Below, piece by piece: positions 62,145 to 64,000 of a stretch of DNA of 64,000 nucleotides (the stretch's first letter is position 1; each line of letters opens with the position of its first letter). Both the position numbers and the translations under genes were made by a program. Origin of the DNA: Octopus bimaculoides (Eukaryota); assembly GCF_001194135.2 (NCBI RefSeq), contig NC_068982.1:96590734-96654733 (forward strand). The letters are read 5' to 3'. Under the pieces are notes generated by a model. That model ran no database searches. It saw only the letters and a program-made list of their open reading frames with translations, and was not told the origin of the DNA.

Positions 62145-63199
62145 CGATTACATCTACTCGCACACATACACCACATCTTCTTAGAACTCAAATTAATGAA
62201 ATTAAACATATTTTATTGAACAAGATTATAAGTAATCAATATATACATATGTGTGTGTGTATGTGTGTTTGTGTGCACACACACACACACACATATATAT
62301 TGGTTTCAAATTTTGGCACACAGCCAACAATTTCAGAGAAGTGGGTAAGTCGATTACATCAGATGTGGTGTGCAGGAGAGATTTTTTTTATCAATCCAAA
62401 AAAGGATGAAAGGCAGAATTGACCCCAGTAGGATTTGGACTTAATGTGCAGAAAGTTGGAATAAAGGTTGCAAGGCATGCACTCAAATGGTCTAATAACT
62501 CTACAAAATCACCACCTTCATCCTGATGATATCGAAGCAGAATATAACATCAACAAATAATGGTGGTTATTTATATGAGGCAACATTGAACTTCTCAACT
62601 TAGCAGACAAGAATTCCAATCTCAGCTAACTTTAGACTTATTGATCTTTGGGTGACCCTTATCTACTTCTGCTTACATCCCCATGTTCATCTGGAGAATA
62701 TAGTTGTTACTAAATACCATCAAAAGAAGTGAAATCAGGTATTGAATCAATGCAGTAGAAGCTGCCTTTGGTAACCAAAGTATTTTACTAAGCCTTAAAG
62801 CTCAACACTGGCTTTAAACTACTTATTTAAACTTTAATGCTTATAATCTCTTTTCCTATTTTAACTATCCTGCCAGAATGTTCTTGAGAGTCAACATTTG
62901 AAAGATTGAAAGGAAAAGTCAACCTTGGTAGAAATTGGAACATAAAGACAGACAAATGCTGCTAAGCATTTTGCTTGGTATGCTAACAATTCTGCCAATA
63001 AATAAATAGAGAGAGAGGAGAGGGGGAGGGAGAGAAAGAGAGAGATGCATTGAATACGAATACCAACAGTATGGTTGGGAGAAATACCTCAGGGGATTGT
63101 CCTGTATACAATACAATAGTGTTTTACTTATGTCATATATTGACTTGAAAAACATCAATAAGCTGAGATTATCCAAGCAGGTAGGAGACAAAATCATCA

Positions 63200-64000
63200 T
63201 CATCATCATCATTTAAGATCTGCTTTCCATACTGGCATGGGTCAGACAGCTTGACTAGAACTGAATTTGGCTTGGTTTCTACAGCTGGATGCTCTTCCTA
63301 AAGCCAACCACTCTGAGAATGTAGTAGATGCTTCCTACATGTCACCAGCATGGGTGTTTTTACATGTTACCGGCACCAACTACAACTACAATTTCACTTG
63401 GCTAGACAAGTCTTCTCAAGTACAGCAAATCACCAAAGGTTGCGATCACTTGTCATCACCTCTGTGAGGCCCCACATTCAGAGATCATGCTTCACCACTT
63501 TGTTCCATGTCTTCCTGGGTCTACCTCTTCCACAGGTTCCCTCCACAATAAAAGATCAGCACTTCTTTAAACAGCTGTCCTCGTCATATGCATCACATGA
63601 CCATACTAGTGCAGATATCTCTCTTGCACACCACATCTGATGCCTCTTATGCCCAATTTTTCTCTTACACTCTGCCGTACATGTACACTGATATTGCACA
63701 TTCAGTAGAGCATGCTAGATTCATTTCTTTCAAGCCTTCACATGTCCTCTGCCATCACAGCCTTTGTTTCACTGTCATGTAGCATGGCTGTTTTCACACA
63801 GGTGTCACACAATTTGCTTTCACTCTGAGGGAGAGGCCCTTTATAGCCAACAAAGACAGAAGCTCTCTGAATTTTGCCCAGCCTATTCCTATTCTTATTC
63901 TAGCAGCCACAACCTTGGAGCATTCCCCTTCACTGCTAACTTGGTCACCTAGGTAATGAAAGCTACCAACTACTTCTAGGTATCTCCCCTGGCATTTGAA
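63200..64000 (-). mobile_element. RTE LINE 3' portion, runs off the window
   Basis: Collinear with 22705-23340 and has a (CAT)n tail at about 63200. Confidence 0.85.

Noticed and set aside
61912-62163. snRNA, 7SK, RNase P/MRP, or the 83-aa minus ORF
   Set aside because: No conserved motifs of those RNAs. GCCTTACCTC is just the complement of a splice donor, and the ORF is a by-product of high GC.
1-64000. CRISPR arrays, operons or other prokaryotic systems
   Set aside because: The window is spliced eukaryotic DNA with no regularly spaced repeat-spacer arrays; the IS1595-like motif is explained by eukaryotic Merlin.

Overview
AT-rich, repeat-dense eukaryotic DNA with two N-gaps. The tRNA-SINE, RTE-tail and microsatellite content looks like a coleoid cephalopod, probably Octopus (inference). 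I could rebuild two host genes. POLR3D/RPC4 (RNA polymerase III subunit) lies on + as 9 GT-AG coding exons, 13338-35901, giving a 1161-nt CDS and 386 aa. A convergent MFSD6L orthologue lies on - with an intronless CDS, 46636-48522, 628 aa. A CpG-rich promoter with CRE and ETS motifs and a non-coding first exon at about 61.9-62.1 kb probably starts a third gene that runs out of the window. The rest is decayed, often nested mobile DNA: a Ty3/Gypsy provirus, three solo-LTR-like inserts, RTE LINE fragments, tRNA-SINEs, a near full-length mariner, and Merlin, Helitron, Helentron-like, hAT, foldback and Penelope GIY-YIG remnants. The most novel-looking signal is a tRNA-headed SINE whose 3' part rebuilds to a minimal Penelope-type hammerhead ribozyme. 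It has three damaged copies, two of them inserted head-to-head inside one 12-bp target duplication in POLR3D intron 4. No intact rRNA, tRNA or CRISPR array was found.
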